This document shows, piece after piece, positions 19,201-27,700 of a stretch of DNA of 61,770 nucleotides. Positions within the stretch are counted from its first letter, which is position 1. Every line of letters starts with the position of its first letter. The notes under the pieces are model-generated. The model did no database searches. It had not been told where the DNA came from and worked only from the letters and a program-made list of their open reading frames with translations. Both the position numbers and the translations under genes were made by a program. The stretch comes from an uncultured Candidatus Saccharibacteria bacterium (GTDB taxonomy: Bacteria > Patescibacteriota > Saccharimonadia > Saccharimonadales > AWTP1-31): positions 1 through 61,770 of the forward strand of contig CAZXTE010000005.1 in NCBI GenBank assembly GCA_964643545.1, written 5' to 3'.

Positions 19201-21806
19201 GCCAGATTGGCTGTAGTCATTTCGTCCGAAGAGAGTTGCGAGGTAGCTAAGTCATGTTTGAGGACGGCAGTTCTAGAGCTAACGTCTATTGCAGTCAGGG
19301 ATTGTGTGGTTTTATAGCGAGCAGCACTCTCTGATTGGCCTAGACCTGCAAGAGCATAATTAAGACGACTATAAAGTGTCTTTCCATCTACGGAGAGTGC
19401 CAAAGATGCTATGTAACCAAAACCAAGCTGGCCACCTGGCGTCGAAAGTTTTGGGGCTGCCGAGAACGAACTCTCTATTGCGCCAGAAGCGAGATTAATG
19501 TAGCTAATTGTAAAACCTTTTATATACCCACCTACGAATAGACCCAATGAGCCCACGTATAGGTGATCTTCACTACCCGCGAAGATTAAACCAAGGAAGA
19601 AACCAAATCCACCAGCGACACTGGCAGAATCTGGGACTATGTCTACCGTTCGCTCTATAGTCATGGTACTTGTATCTATGACGGTGTAATTGTTGATCTT
19701 TGACTGCAGCACAGCCTTATTGCCGCTAGGTGAAACCGCAAAAAGGTTGCCAAGCAGTGGCAGAAATGAACTATCAAAAACAGCATTGTCGTTGTTCTTG
19801 TCTGCTACTACTACGGTAGAAAATGCGTCTGTATTTACATTAAGCTTTATTAAGTTCCAGGCTGTGTTGTTCTGAGCTATGATGTATAAATTATCTCCAC
19901 GCATCTCTACGTAGCCAGGCGACTGATAGCCTGCAAAAGACGGATACGTTCTGTCTATGCTATGTGTGAGCGCATCCGCACGATATATGACCGTCTCGCC
20001 TGTGGCCTCCAGTACGGCGGCAATGTACAGTTTGGTTTTTGCTGCATCCATTACTATGTTAGCTGCATACGCACCTGTTGGTAGATCGATTGTGTCTTTA
20101 AGCTCACCAGATGAACCATCCAGCACAGAAACTTGTCGCGAAAGCAGATAGTACGAAGGAAGAATACCTACCGTATATATTTCGTCGGCAGCTTCATTGA
20201 ACTGGAGTTTAAGCGCATTCCCCGAACCATGCGTTATGGCGGCATCCAGACTGTTATCACTTAGATCAATAGGTACAATTGCATCGGGCATGCTCCCCGA
20301 GTCCACGAATAGGCGATTAGAAGCAGTGTCGAAGGTGATTGCGGGAGCGTATATGAATGACGACATCACGTCATACATAGTTGGGGTGCTCTGCATGTTT
20401 GCAAGATCAACCGTGTTTAAGATGGCCCGTTGCGTAGCCACATCTTTTGTGATTTGGTACAGCTTATTGTTAGTGGAGTCGATGGCTACATTGACCTTGC
20501 TGCCATCGCTTGCACCAAAACTACTAACGGTAAGTCTACCTTCTAAGCCAATTGCATCGTTAATACTATAGTCACTAAGATTGAGCGACCGTAGGTTAAC
20601 TTGTTGATCAGTGCGGTCGCTCTGTATATAAAGATGGCCACCTACATCATATTTGTTTAAGAAAATACTATCATTCGCAATCTGGGCGCTGTCATTTAGG
20701 AGGTTATTATCCGCGGTGGCGTATGTTGCCACATGATACTCGGACGAATCACTTTCGTAGATAACAGATACTTTGCTGCCATCTTGGCTCAAGGCTAAGT
20801 CGTGAACGGTTGTTACGTTGTTATTGGCTGTTACCAATATATTATCGCTTGTATTGTTGCTTGGCGAGAAGGTGAAGACCGTTGTTTGGTTACTGACGCT
20901 TGAATAATAAAAGGAAAGATTAGCGGGGTTATACACTATTTTGTTGAACGCCCCGCCGCCTGGCGGTGTCGCCCATTCATCGGACACTGTATTGGTCTGG
21001 GTGTCGATGCGCCTCACCGTAGTGCTGCTGAGTACAAATAACTCGTCTTGATTTGGCGATAAGATCATGCGCTCAGTGTCCGCTGCTGATATTTGTATTT
21101 TTGTTTGCAACGTCTGGGCCGCCGTGTCGACAACATAAATTATGCCACTCTTCTGGGCCATAATAAATAACTTTTGGTGCTGTGTATCCATGCCAAAGTC
21201 AATCTTATTTTGTCCGCTAAATCCCAGCAATGACTGGTTTGTTCCTGGTTCTAGCTCAATATCCTTCACAAAATTCCGTGTTGCTGCGTTGACGACACTC
21301 ACGGCACTGTTTGAGCCATTTATAACAAACATTAGATTGTTCGCAGGATTTATTGGCATGCCAATAACACCGGCAAAACCGGAGCTGCTTTGTACCTCTT
21401 TTTGCCCGCTGTTCAAGTTTAGTGCTTGTGTGGGTGAGCTTCCCCACCACGATCCAGCGTAGCCGGTCCCATCAATAACGGTTGCACGAAAGTTGTGTGT
21501 CCCCGGCGTGGCATCTTCCCACTTAAAGCTCCACTCGCCGGCAGCATTTGCGTCTGTATTCCCCACCCATGTGTTATCTGCAAACAAAGAAACCTTCTTA
21601 TTTGCTCCTGCGGTGCCACCAATATACGCGAAGCTATTTGCAATAGTATCGTCCGGTCCAGGATACGTGATCCTAACTGGTGTCGGCGTCGCCCTGGCTT
21701 TGCGGTTGTGGGTATTTGTTGTGATGGCAAACACATTCACACCCACTAACGCGAGTGTTACGCTCAAGTACACCAGGAATCGCTTCTTTTCAACTCTCAC
21801 AGACAT
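16203..21806 (-). CDS. Giant surface protein: signal anchor, Ig-like domains, beta-propeller (YVTN-like) repeats, TM segments and a C-terminal histidine kinase
   Basis: The ORF extends to 21866 (1887 aa). The likely start is M21 at 21806 (MSVRVEKKRFLVYLSVTLALVGVNVFA, signal-like), with a TATAAT at 21825-21820 just upstream. Two Ig-like modules are present (RITYPG...GEWSFKWEDATPGTHNF and IKITSP...GKWSIKASTLNAGKHSI), with many beta-propeller-type repeats between them. The C-terminus has an H-box FLQLISHYLRTPL (DNA 17283-17309), an N-box LLSNAIDAS, G1 DHGVGM, F FKPFGR and G2 GAGLSL. Confidence 0.85.
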   Translation of the reverse strand: MSVRVEKKRFLVYLSVTLALVGVNVFAITTNTHNRKARATPTPVRITYPGPDDTIANSFAYIGGTAGANKKVSLFADNTWVGNTDANAAGEWSFKWEDATPGTHNFRATVIDGTGYAGSWWGSSPTQALNLNSGQKEVQSSSGFAGVIGMPINPANNLMFVINGSNSAVSVVNAATRNFVKDIELEPGTNQSLLGFSGQNKIDFGMDTQHQKLFIMAQKSGIIYVVDTAAQTLQTKIQISAADTERMILSPNQDELFVLSSTTVRRIDTQTNTVSDEWATPPGGGAFNKIVYNPANLSFYYSSVSNQTTVFTFSPSNNTSDNILVTANNNVTTVHDLALSQDGSKVSVIYESDSSEYHVATYATADNNLLNDSAQIANDSIFLNKYDVGGHLYIQSDRTDQQVNLRSLNLSDYSINDAIGLEGRLTVSSFGASDGSKVNVAIDSTNNKLYQITKDVATQRAILNTVDLANMQSTPTMYDVMSSFIYAPAITFDTASNRLFVDSGSMPDAIVPIDLSDNSLDAAITHGSGNALKLQFNEAADEIYTVGILPSYYLLSRQVSVLDGSSGELKDTIDLPTGAYAANIVMDAAKTKLYIAAVLEATGETVIYRADALTHSIDRTYPSFAGYQSPGYVEMRGDNLYIIAQNNTAWNLIKLNVNTDAFSTVVVADKNNDNAVFDSSFLPLLGNLFAVSPSGNKAVLQSKINNYTVIDTSTMTIERTVDIVPDSASVAGGFGFFLGLIFAGSEDHLYVGSLGLFVGGYIKGFTISYINLASGAIESSFSAAPKLSTPGGQLGFGYIASLALSVDGKTLYSRLNYALAGLGQSESAARYKTTQSLTAIDVSSRTAVLKHDLATSQLSSDEMTTANLAINSFMFGASLAVNDQTQSVEQSIKVGGDGIKITSPRNDEQLTEKNPLITGTSPGDSVISVSIDGNVLGTTTATKEGKWSIKASTLNAGKHSIHAEYGRDKKNNLYIGQFGLYGMLLSPLGLMQEPGIIDVFDTEKEAFSGKIALPNGGISYYSKLSSDGKNLLVYGLGNIFEAMMGQQQPSVNLWLVDTKTNKVTKSFQFDTVSWQGGVDIGVGYMLSPDSKELIATRADKIVVYDTEKLFASGKTSTLLPGALKREVTLPPTNDAVFSDALPPNMFSRLAQNGKKLVVPYYHQIATVDLASGSVVTIGEVDNRESRSVYVNDQRNEAYIVGTDTSVQTDGTTVTIINTLTGQLKDTITIPGTDFYIIGALSPDQQSLRLYMSTGASTKVASLNLSNKTLANSQDVLVPSYYTDKLNELISYNPNALDSPILTIPFGVGFNADKTKLYVPTILFGLTQGDENTLFTNKLFNKDFSYFTVGDDFSGEVPGAKYTDDIGITLGETTSCAKTNTCPEPPKTCEQTNTCPVVVPPIDNPAPTARTTLSDIRNKAKPNGTVMMLRRIVAAIRRFTASLPRTVLEASPFILLILLLAVIASFLYQTSRELKHNRTVNERLAFASLLATEKNNFLQLISHYLRTPLTVLSGGIEMAKTDTHPETHKVLAQSAENLSKTTEVLLEKVENEPELKALDTTPVYKVPRKDVMRNKYFAVPAIILAITLGFFYLFFVVIGGVRTSPVNFATQILGLGLTVQLLYGTVHNNLMIKRENARMVALIGFEKRLDAMRSEFIREAQYSIGFSLQKIQELTAKVPNEQYRNYIMKGVNQYNELLRSFRLVTQLENSKVTGVVKPVHVNNAIGDAVKELVGKIQEKKLNVDIAGLDDNPQIRIEPTLLSLTVKALLSNAIDASAEGSNITIKAHVSRGKVAVSVIDHGVGMSKLQKDALFKPFGRIDDTETFNKEGAGLSLYLSRMILHAFKGDLGIESVAGKGTTASISLPVLK

Positions 21807-21861
21807 AACCTTAAGCTGTATTATAGATAGTTTCTTCCAGAAAAGAAACCACAACAAAACA

Positions 21862-21890
21862 TTCATAAATTATGTAACGTTTGGTATACT
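21862..21890 (+). promoter_or_regulatory. Candidate sigma-70-type promoter for atpC
   Basis: TTCATA (21862-21867), a 17-nt spacer, then TATACT (21885-21890, preceded by TGG). It lies 30 nt upstream of the atpC ATG and uses the same -10 hexamer as the main atp promoter. Confidence 0.45.
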
Positions 21891-21920
21891 TACCCCAGTA
21901 AACAAATAGAAAGAGAGTCT

Positions 21921-22346
21921 ATGATCCGGTTCGAGCTTGTTACATTGGATGGCATAAAATTTGGTGAAGAGGTTCACGAAGTAGTTTTGCCGACGTCAGA
22001 TGGCTACATTGCTGTTTTCCCCGATCACGCTCCACTGGTCAGCATTGCCGTTCCCGGTGTTATCTCTGTTAGAAGAAAAGCTGGTGATGCAGACTCAAGA
22101 TTAGAATACTTTGCTACCAACGGTGGTGTTATAGAAATTGGTAACAATGTGGTCAAGGTGCTCGTAGATGAAGCCGATCGCGAAGACGAGATTAGCGAGC
22201 AAGAGGCGCAACAAGCTTTCGGGCGTGCCCAAAAATTACGCACCGACGCACGAGACCGCGTAAGCATTGAACATGCGCAGGCATTGGTTGACCGCCAAGC
22301 GTCTCGTCTTAAAGTTGCCGAACTTCGCCGCTACAAGCGTCGATAG
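21921..22346 (+). CDS. atpC: F1 ATP synthase subunit epsilon
   Basis: 141 aa. N-terminal beta-sandwich signature LVTLDGIKFGEEVHEVVLPTSDGYIAVFPDHAPLVS...GGVIEI, then a C-terminal helical hairpin (EISEQEAQQAFGRAQ...). Confidence 0.9.
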   Translation: MIRFELVTLDGIKFGEEVHEVVLPTSDGYIAVFPDHAPLVSIAVPGVISVRRKAGDADSRLEYFATNGGVIEIGNNVVKVLVDEADREDEISEQEAQQAFGRAQKLRTDARDRVSIEHAQALVDRQASRLKVAELRRYKRR

Positions 22347-22356
22347 TAATAACGTT

Positions 22357-22728
22357 CTAATCAGAGCTCGCGGGATCATCCCAGGGTTCAAGCATTGCAG
22401 TAGCAAAGTCGTGTGCGTCCGCAAGGGCTTCGCCGGTAATAAGGACAACCGCAGCGGTTGCATCAAGAACTGCAGCAGCAAGGCAGCCACGAAGCTGATC
22501 ATCCGATACGAGCAAAGCACCGGACGGATCACGTTCAAGTTCGCCTACTTTCTCGCCAAAAACATGTTTAGCAATGCCGTGAACACGCCCATGTAATTCA
22601 GGCTGTTGCTCCTCAAGTCTTGCATCAAGCTCAAGAACGACCGCTTCACTTAAATCAGGAGCACTGCCACTATCGATGTGGGGTGGCAAGGCGCCCAGGG
22701 CTCGTTCGATACGTTGCGTAGTTTGCAT
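22357..22728 (-). CDS. Hypothetical acidic protein
   Basis: 123-aa ORF filling the gap between atpC and 22835. No motif was recognised and the Shine-Dalgarno is weak. The competing plus-strand ORF 22267..22596 looks less protein-like. Confidence 0.4.
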   Translation of the reverse strand: MQTTQRIERALGALPPHIDSGSAPDLSEAVVLELDARLEEQQPELHGRVHGIAKHVFGEKVGELERDPSGALLVSDDQLRGCLAAAVLDATAAVVLITGEALADAHDFATAMLEPWDDPASSD

Positions 22729-22834
22729 AATTGTGTTCTATTCCTGTGGATAGTATACATAATAATCTTGATTTTTGCCAAAATTAGGCGTATCATTTTG
22801 CGGTTAAATCAAAAAACAGATACCTGGGAGTATT

Positions 22835-23857
22835 ATGGTTGATAACGATATGTTTATTGGTAGTTCTGAAGAAAGGATGCGCATGAACCTCAATGTGATA
22901 ACTGTCAAACTAACAGACGGTCTGGCCTTCGGCGATGGGGCGATTTCTGTCGAGGATAGAATTGATGAGCAACATCAACACGCGCTTGATAGTGAAACGC
23001 TACGCACTGTCGAGGCAGGGATTCATTCCGATAACATTCTCGTACGGGTTGATAAAGAAGACAATGGCGCTACTGTTGAAGACGATGGCTGTGGTGACGG
23101 GCGCGGGGTTAAAACAATTTTTAGAAAAGTTGAAGAGAGCCTTACATACATGAAGCGATCCTTGAACCGCTACAAAGTATTTGGCGCTGGATCAACCATG
23201 GCGACAGCGAGTGTTGTTGGAATGGGTGAGGCAACCGGGATACCAGTTCAGAATATATTCCACAAAGGGATCAACCTTCTAAAGCGAAACCGTGTGCCTT
23301 TTGGTGCGCACACAGATGACCATGCTCACGGAGATAACTGTGGCTGTGGTGCGATTGACCGGTTTCCTCTTATTGTTCAGAACGCTACTCGGTATCGCGA
23401 CAACATTGCTGATGCCGCTGCGTTGCTTACGGACGATACAACAGGTTTAGATGAGGTCCTTGATAACTTTGAAGCATATGGTGCGGAGATAGCCGACCAG
23501 CCGTATCGTGGGCGGGATGTGATGGAAGAAATTGTGGACAACGGCAAGGTTGTGAAAGAGTTGGTTGGTCCACATCTGGAGGTGGCGATTGTTATCAACG
23601 CCGTCGAAGGCTACACGGTCAACCAGGACTATATTCGACAGATTAGCGAAGGAAAAGCACAGGTTTTTGGTGTTGATGTACCAAGGATGCAAGAGCTTGC
23701 CGAAAAGACGTATCCAGATGATGCCGTAAAGCAGCACAAAGCATTCTTGAGTATGCTTGTGTACACGCTGGCAACAGCGGCCACTCTGACAAAAGGCGAT
23801 TTGCCTGTCTATGTTGTCTCTAAAAAACAAACTGAAGTACCTGCACTAGCGGAGTAG
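22835..23857 (+). CDS. Hypothetical protein with Cys/His metal-site-like motifs (GCGDGR ... HTDDHAHGDNCGCGAID)
   Basis: 340 aa. GGGAG Shine-Dalgarno 6 nt upstream. It has two conserved-looking Cys/His clusters about 80 residues apart. No family was recognised with certainty. Confidence 0.65.
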   Translation: MVDNDMFIGSSEERMRMNLNVITVKLTDGLAFGDGAISVEDRIDEQHQHALDSETLRTVEAGIHSDNILVRVDKEDNGATVEDDGCGDGRGVKTIFRKVEESLTYMKRSLNRYKVFGAGSTMATASVVGMGEATGIPVQNIFHKGINLLKRNRVPFGAHTDDHAHGDNCGCGAIDRFPLIVQNATRYRDNIADAAALLTDDTTGLDEVLDNFEAYGAEIADQPYRGRDVMEEIVDNGKVVKELVGPHLEVAIVINAVEGYTVNQDYIRQISEGKAQVFGVDVPRMQELAEKTYPDDAVKQHKAFLSMLVYTLATAATLTKGDLPVYVVSKKQTEVPALAE

Positions 23858-23882
23858 TAGTAAATACTACTGCGTACGTTAT

Positions 23883-23911
23883 TTGCAATTTGTGCTTGTT
23901 CGTATTATTGT
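23883..23911 (+). promoter_or_regulatory. Candidate promoter of the aquaporin gene
   Basis: TTGCAA (23883-23888), a 17-nt spacer, then TATTGT (23906-23911). An AAGGAGGG Shine-Dalgarno follows before the ATG at 23944. Confidence 0.4.
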
Positions 23912-23943
23912 TTTAGACAGTTATTAGTCTTAAGGAGGGAAAC

Positions 23944-24666
23944 ATGTTTTCACGACAAAAAATTGCCATGGTGGTGGCTGAAGTTGTTGGTACCGCCACA
24001 TTGGCAGTATCAGTTTATTCGATGGTGGCACGCACCAGCTTTCCGCTATTCGGCGGATTAGCAGCAGGTTTGGTGGTCGGCTTAATGACCGTAGTGGTTG
24101 GTAGCGTCACAAATGCGCACTTTAACCCTGCAGTCACACTCGGTTTGTGGACCGCACGAAAAGTAAAAACTAGCACCGCAATTGTACTCGTTGCATCACA
24201 GATGCTTGGTGGTGTCCTCGCATGGACGCTACTAAAGTACCTCGTAGGTCGTCCATTAGAAAGCCTTGTACAGGGTAAGTTTGACTGGAAGGTTCTCGTC
24301 GCAGAAGGCATTGGTGCTGCTGTATTCACCTTTGGTGTCGCATCTGCAGTCTACCAAAAGTATGAAGGCGGAAAACTAGCTGGCACGGTCGGCGCGTCAC
24401 TACTAGTTGGTATCTTGGTTGCGTCTATGGCAGCAAACGGTGTCGTTAACCCAGCTGTTGCAGTCGGTATCCAGTCGTGGAGTTGGGCGTACGCAGCGGG
24501 CCCACTCGTAGGTGGTATTGTCGGAACGCAGCTATACGCACTGCTATTTGCAGGTGACTTCCCTGCTGTTCGTCTTACGACTGCTCGACCAGCATCACGT
24601 ACCAAAAAAGCACCAGCTAAAAAACCAGCATCACGTGCCAAAAAAGCACCAGCTCGACGTCGATAA
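23944..24666 (+). CDS. MIP-family channel (aquaporin/glycerol facilitator) with a Lys/Arg-rich C-terminal tail
   Basis: 240 aa with six hydrophobic segments and two NPA boxes (HFNPAVTLG and VVNPAVAVG). The tail reads PASRTKKAPAKKPASRAKKAPARRR. Confidence 0.9.
   Translation: MFSRQKIAMVVAEVVGTATLAVSVYSMVARTSFPLFGGLAAGLVVGLMTVVVGSVTNAHFNPAVTLGLWTARKVKTSTAIVLVASQMLGGVLAWTLLKYLVGRPLESLVQGKFDWKVLVAEGIGAAVFTFGVASAVYQKYEGGKLAGTVGASLLVGILVASMAANGVVNPAVAVGIQSWSWAYAAGPLVGGIVGTQLYALLFAGDFPAVRLTTARPASRTKKAPAKKPASRAKKAPARRR
24589..24660 (+). repeat. 2 x 36-nt tandem duplication encoding the basic tail of the aquaporin
   Basis: Unit 1 (24589-24624) is ccagcatcacgtaccaaaaaagcaccagctaaaaaa. Unit 2 (24625-24660) is ccagcatcacgtgccaaaaaagcaccagctcgacgt. 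The first 30 nt differ at one position. Confidence 0.85.
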
Positions 24667-24686
24667 TGCACAGTAAAACGTGAAAC

Positions 24687-24716
24687 TAGAGGCCCCAAAA
24701 AGAGGGCCTCTATTTA
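24687..24716. terminator. Bidirectional terminator hairpin between convergent genes
   Basis: 9-bp stem TAGAGGCCC / GGGCCTCTA (24687-24695 and 24704-24712) with an 8-nt A-rich loop, followed by TTTAT on the plus strand. It overlaps the stop codon of the minus-strand helicase gene. Confidence 0.65.
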
Positions 24717-27700
24717 TGTAGTAGATCTTCTTCGAATTGCAGTATACCCTGCATGTCCAAAGAGTAAATATCTGTTTTAGGCATATTGAGTTTCATGATT
24801 CGTTCCCAAACACGTTGCAACAGAACTTCCAGTCGTTCGATCTCCTGGTTCGTTGGTGCATAGTCGCGGAGTAATTGCTTGGCGGTGCTGGCTTCTACAT
24901 ATACCATTTGGCCCGTCACATCTGTGATGCCTGCAAAGCGGCTGCTATGACGAACCAGAAGCGCATAAAAAATTAGCTGTGTGCGTTGACGCCATGCCTT
25001 TACGGCAAGTGTTTGATTGGCCGTCGTTAAACTTGGTAGAGGTGTGCCGGTTTTATAGTCGACAATGCGAAGTTGCTTGGCGCCAAGTGGGTCTATGCGG
25101 TCCAGCTTGCCGGTGAGTCTGGCGTGGCCAAGTATGACATCGTGTATCGATTGCTCCGCTAAACTGTCCTTTGGCAAGCTGTATGAAAGCTTTGTGAATA
25201 GATCCTCGAGTACACTCATGCCATGTTGCGCGTACCGTTCGTATTCGCTCTTGGGCAAATGCTGTCGCACCAGTGCTGCAGTGAATGAGCTCTTTACGAG
25301 CTCAAAATCAAATCCATCATTATTCGTCAGACGTTGTGCAGTTTCGAGCGCACTATGCATGGCAGATCCAAATGCCAGGTGTGGCGACTTTGCTTCGGGT
25401 AATCTCAACAGATTGCGCTCAAGAAAGTGCTCGGGCCCACCGTGTGTTAAGTCAAGAAACTGCAAAAGCCCCGTTGCACTTAACCGAAATTTCTCTAACC
25501 TTGATGCCAGCAATGCATTCTCTTTTGCGTGATTCTCTAGTCGCGGCCAACGGAAACTATTTTCGAGCATGGTTACTATGTGGTCTGGGTCGACAGGCGG
25601 CTCCTCAATAACAGTGTTGAATGCGGCTGTTACGACGGTTGAAGGCAATACGTCTTCTCCCTTTTCATCATGTGAATAGCTTGTAATTATGAGTGACTGC
25701 TTTGGCCGTGTACTGGCTACGTATAGGAGACGTACATAGTCATCGGCATCGTCCAGAGGAGGTCGTAATGGTAGATTGCCTGGGGTTTTTCGACCGCTCA
25801 GTCTCGGTCTCCAGTTTGTATCTATTGCATCGATAAGGTAAACGGTATCAAACTCTAAGCCTTTCGCCTTATGTACCGTAAGAAGCTGTACGGCGCGTGT
25901 GTTACTCACAAATGGCGTCTCATCAGCAATGATCTTGTGATTCGCAATGTGCACGTCAATGAACTCATTAAAAGCTCCCACAGTGGGGTTGCTGGCATTG
26001 GTAAACTCTTCAACGAGGCTCCGCAGCAGATGTACCGCCGACAGTGTCTTTATGTAATTGTTTGCAGTAGGATGCCCATTAAAATAATATGTTCGAAAAG
26101 GACTGGCAAACTCCATGATCTGTCGAAGTCCAATGACATGCTCTACAAAAACAGGGAGTGGCTCGGCCGTAGCGAGTTGCGCCAGCTGCATAAACCACTC
26201 TCCAATAGACCGCAGAGCCGGTTGTTGGCTGTGTAATAGCGTGCTCATCCAGTCACTTTTTTCGTAACTTTCAACTGCAATTTCCCATAGTTTGTCTGGA
26301 TTGATACGCCACATTGGGTGTCGAAGAATTTGGCTTAGATAGTGGCTCGTAGCGCTTGCATCGCCATCCTGAATCGACTGAACACAGCGTGAGATCAGTA
26401 GGATATGTTTGACTGCTTCATCTTCCAATATGTTGCTTTGCTGCTCATAGCGCACAGGGACGCCCTGTTCTAGTAACTGTCCGGCCATTTGGCGTAAGCT
26501 ATCGTGCCCACGAGCAAGAATGGCGATCGTCTTCTGGCTGTTCTTAAATTCTTTCTTTACAGTCATCGCCACAGAATATAATTGTTGTGCCCGTGAAGGA
26601 TAAATGGTGTGGGCAATCTTGCCATCCTCTCTTGGCGGCCGAACCGATCGTAAATTCTTGGTCAATTCTTTTTTGGTATGTACTAATCGATTCTCTGCTT
26701 GTTCTATAACTTTTTGTGCTGTGTCTAATATGGCCTGCGACGAGCGGTAGCTCTCTTCCAGTACGAGTACTTTTGTAGATGGGTACGTACGTTGGAATGA
26801 CAGCATGTTGCTGAGTTCTGCACCATTAAATTTATAGATTGCCTGGTCATCATCACCTACAGCCATAAGGTTTGGTCGACCACCCGCGGAGAAGTGTTCT
26901 GCCGTTAGATGTGCTAAACGAAATTGGGCAGCATTTGTATCCTGAAATTCATCTATCAGTACATACAAAAATTGCTCCTGAACACTTGCCCGAAGGTCTG
27001 CATGCTGTTCCATCTGTGAAATAACCTCAACGAGCATATCTGCATAATCATAATAGCCACGACTGTGCAGTGCTGCTCGATATTGCTCGTATACCCCCGA
27101 TAGCGCAAGCCACCACGCATTTCGCTTGCGCTCATCGAACATCCCTTTGTTCCCATCCTGGTTTTGCACCCAACGCGCTTTCCATTTCCCCGTGTGCTTT
27201 GTTTTGCCCGATCCTGTATCGTTCTCCAGTGCAAGAGCAAGCCCCTCTTTTATGACGGTTGCGAGCGAAACCAGCGGCACGGTATCTGTGTCTGTTTTTT
27301 GATCTAGCAATGTCTCTATAGCGTCTTGAAGTTGACCAAGTGCCTTGGCGCTCAGTGGTGCCTTCAACATGTCGACAAGCGCGGGTTCTATCATGTCGAT
27401 GTAGGCAACATTGTAGTTAATGATCGAGCGAAGTTTTTCGGGGGTCAAGCCTGCTTCCTTTGCAAGTTTTAACCCATCCTGAACAGCAGAAGTTGCGGTA
27501 AACTGGCCAGCAAACTTTAAAGCCAGCGGATTATCAAGCGGTAGTTTAGATAAGATCGACTGAATCACTTCTAGCTGTACAGCGTCTGGTGCAATGACGA
27601 GATTTGCTCCATTCCAGAAATGCTCGGGGTAGCGATTCATTATCTCTGCGGCAAATGCGTGAAACGTTTTGACCACAACTCGCTGCGCAGAACTTCCCAC

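Noticed and set aside
22267-22596. Plus-strand ORF 22267..22596 as the gene occupying the atpC-22835 gap.
   Set aside because: It overlaps the 3' end of atpC in another frame and has a Cys/Arg/Lys-rich, non-protein-like translation. The minus-strand ORF 22357..22728 is the more plausible occupant, though it too is weakly supported.
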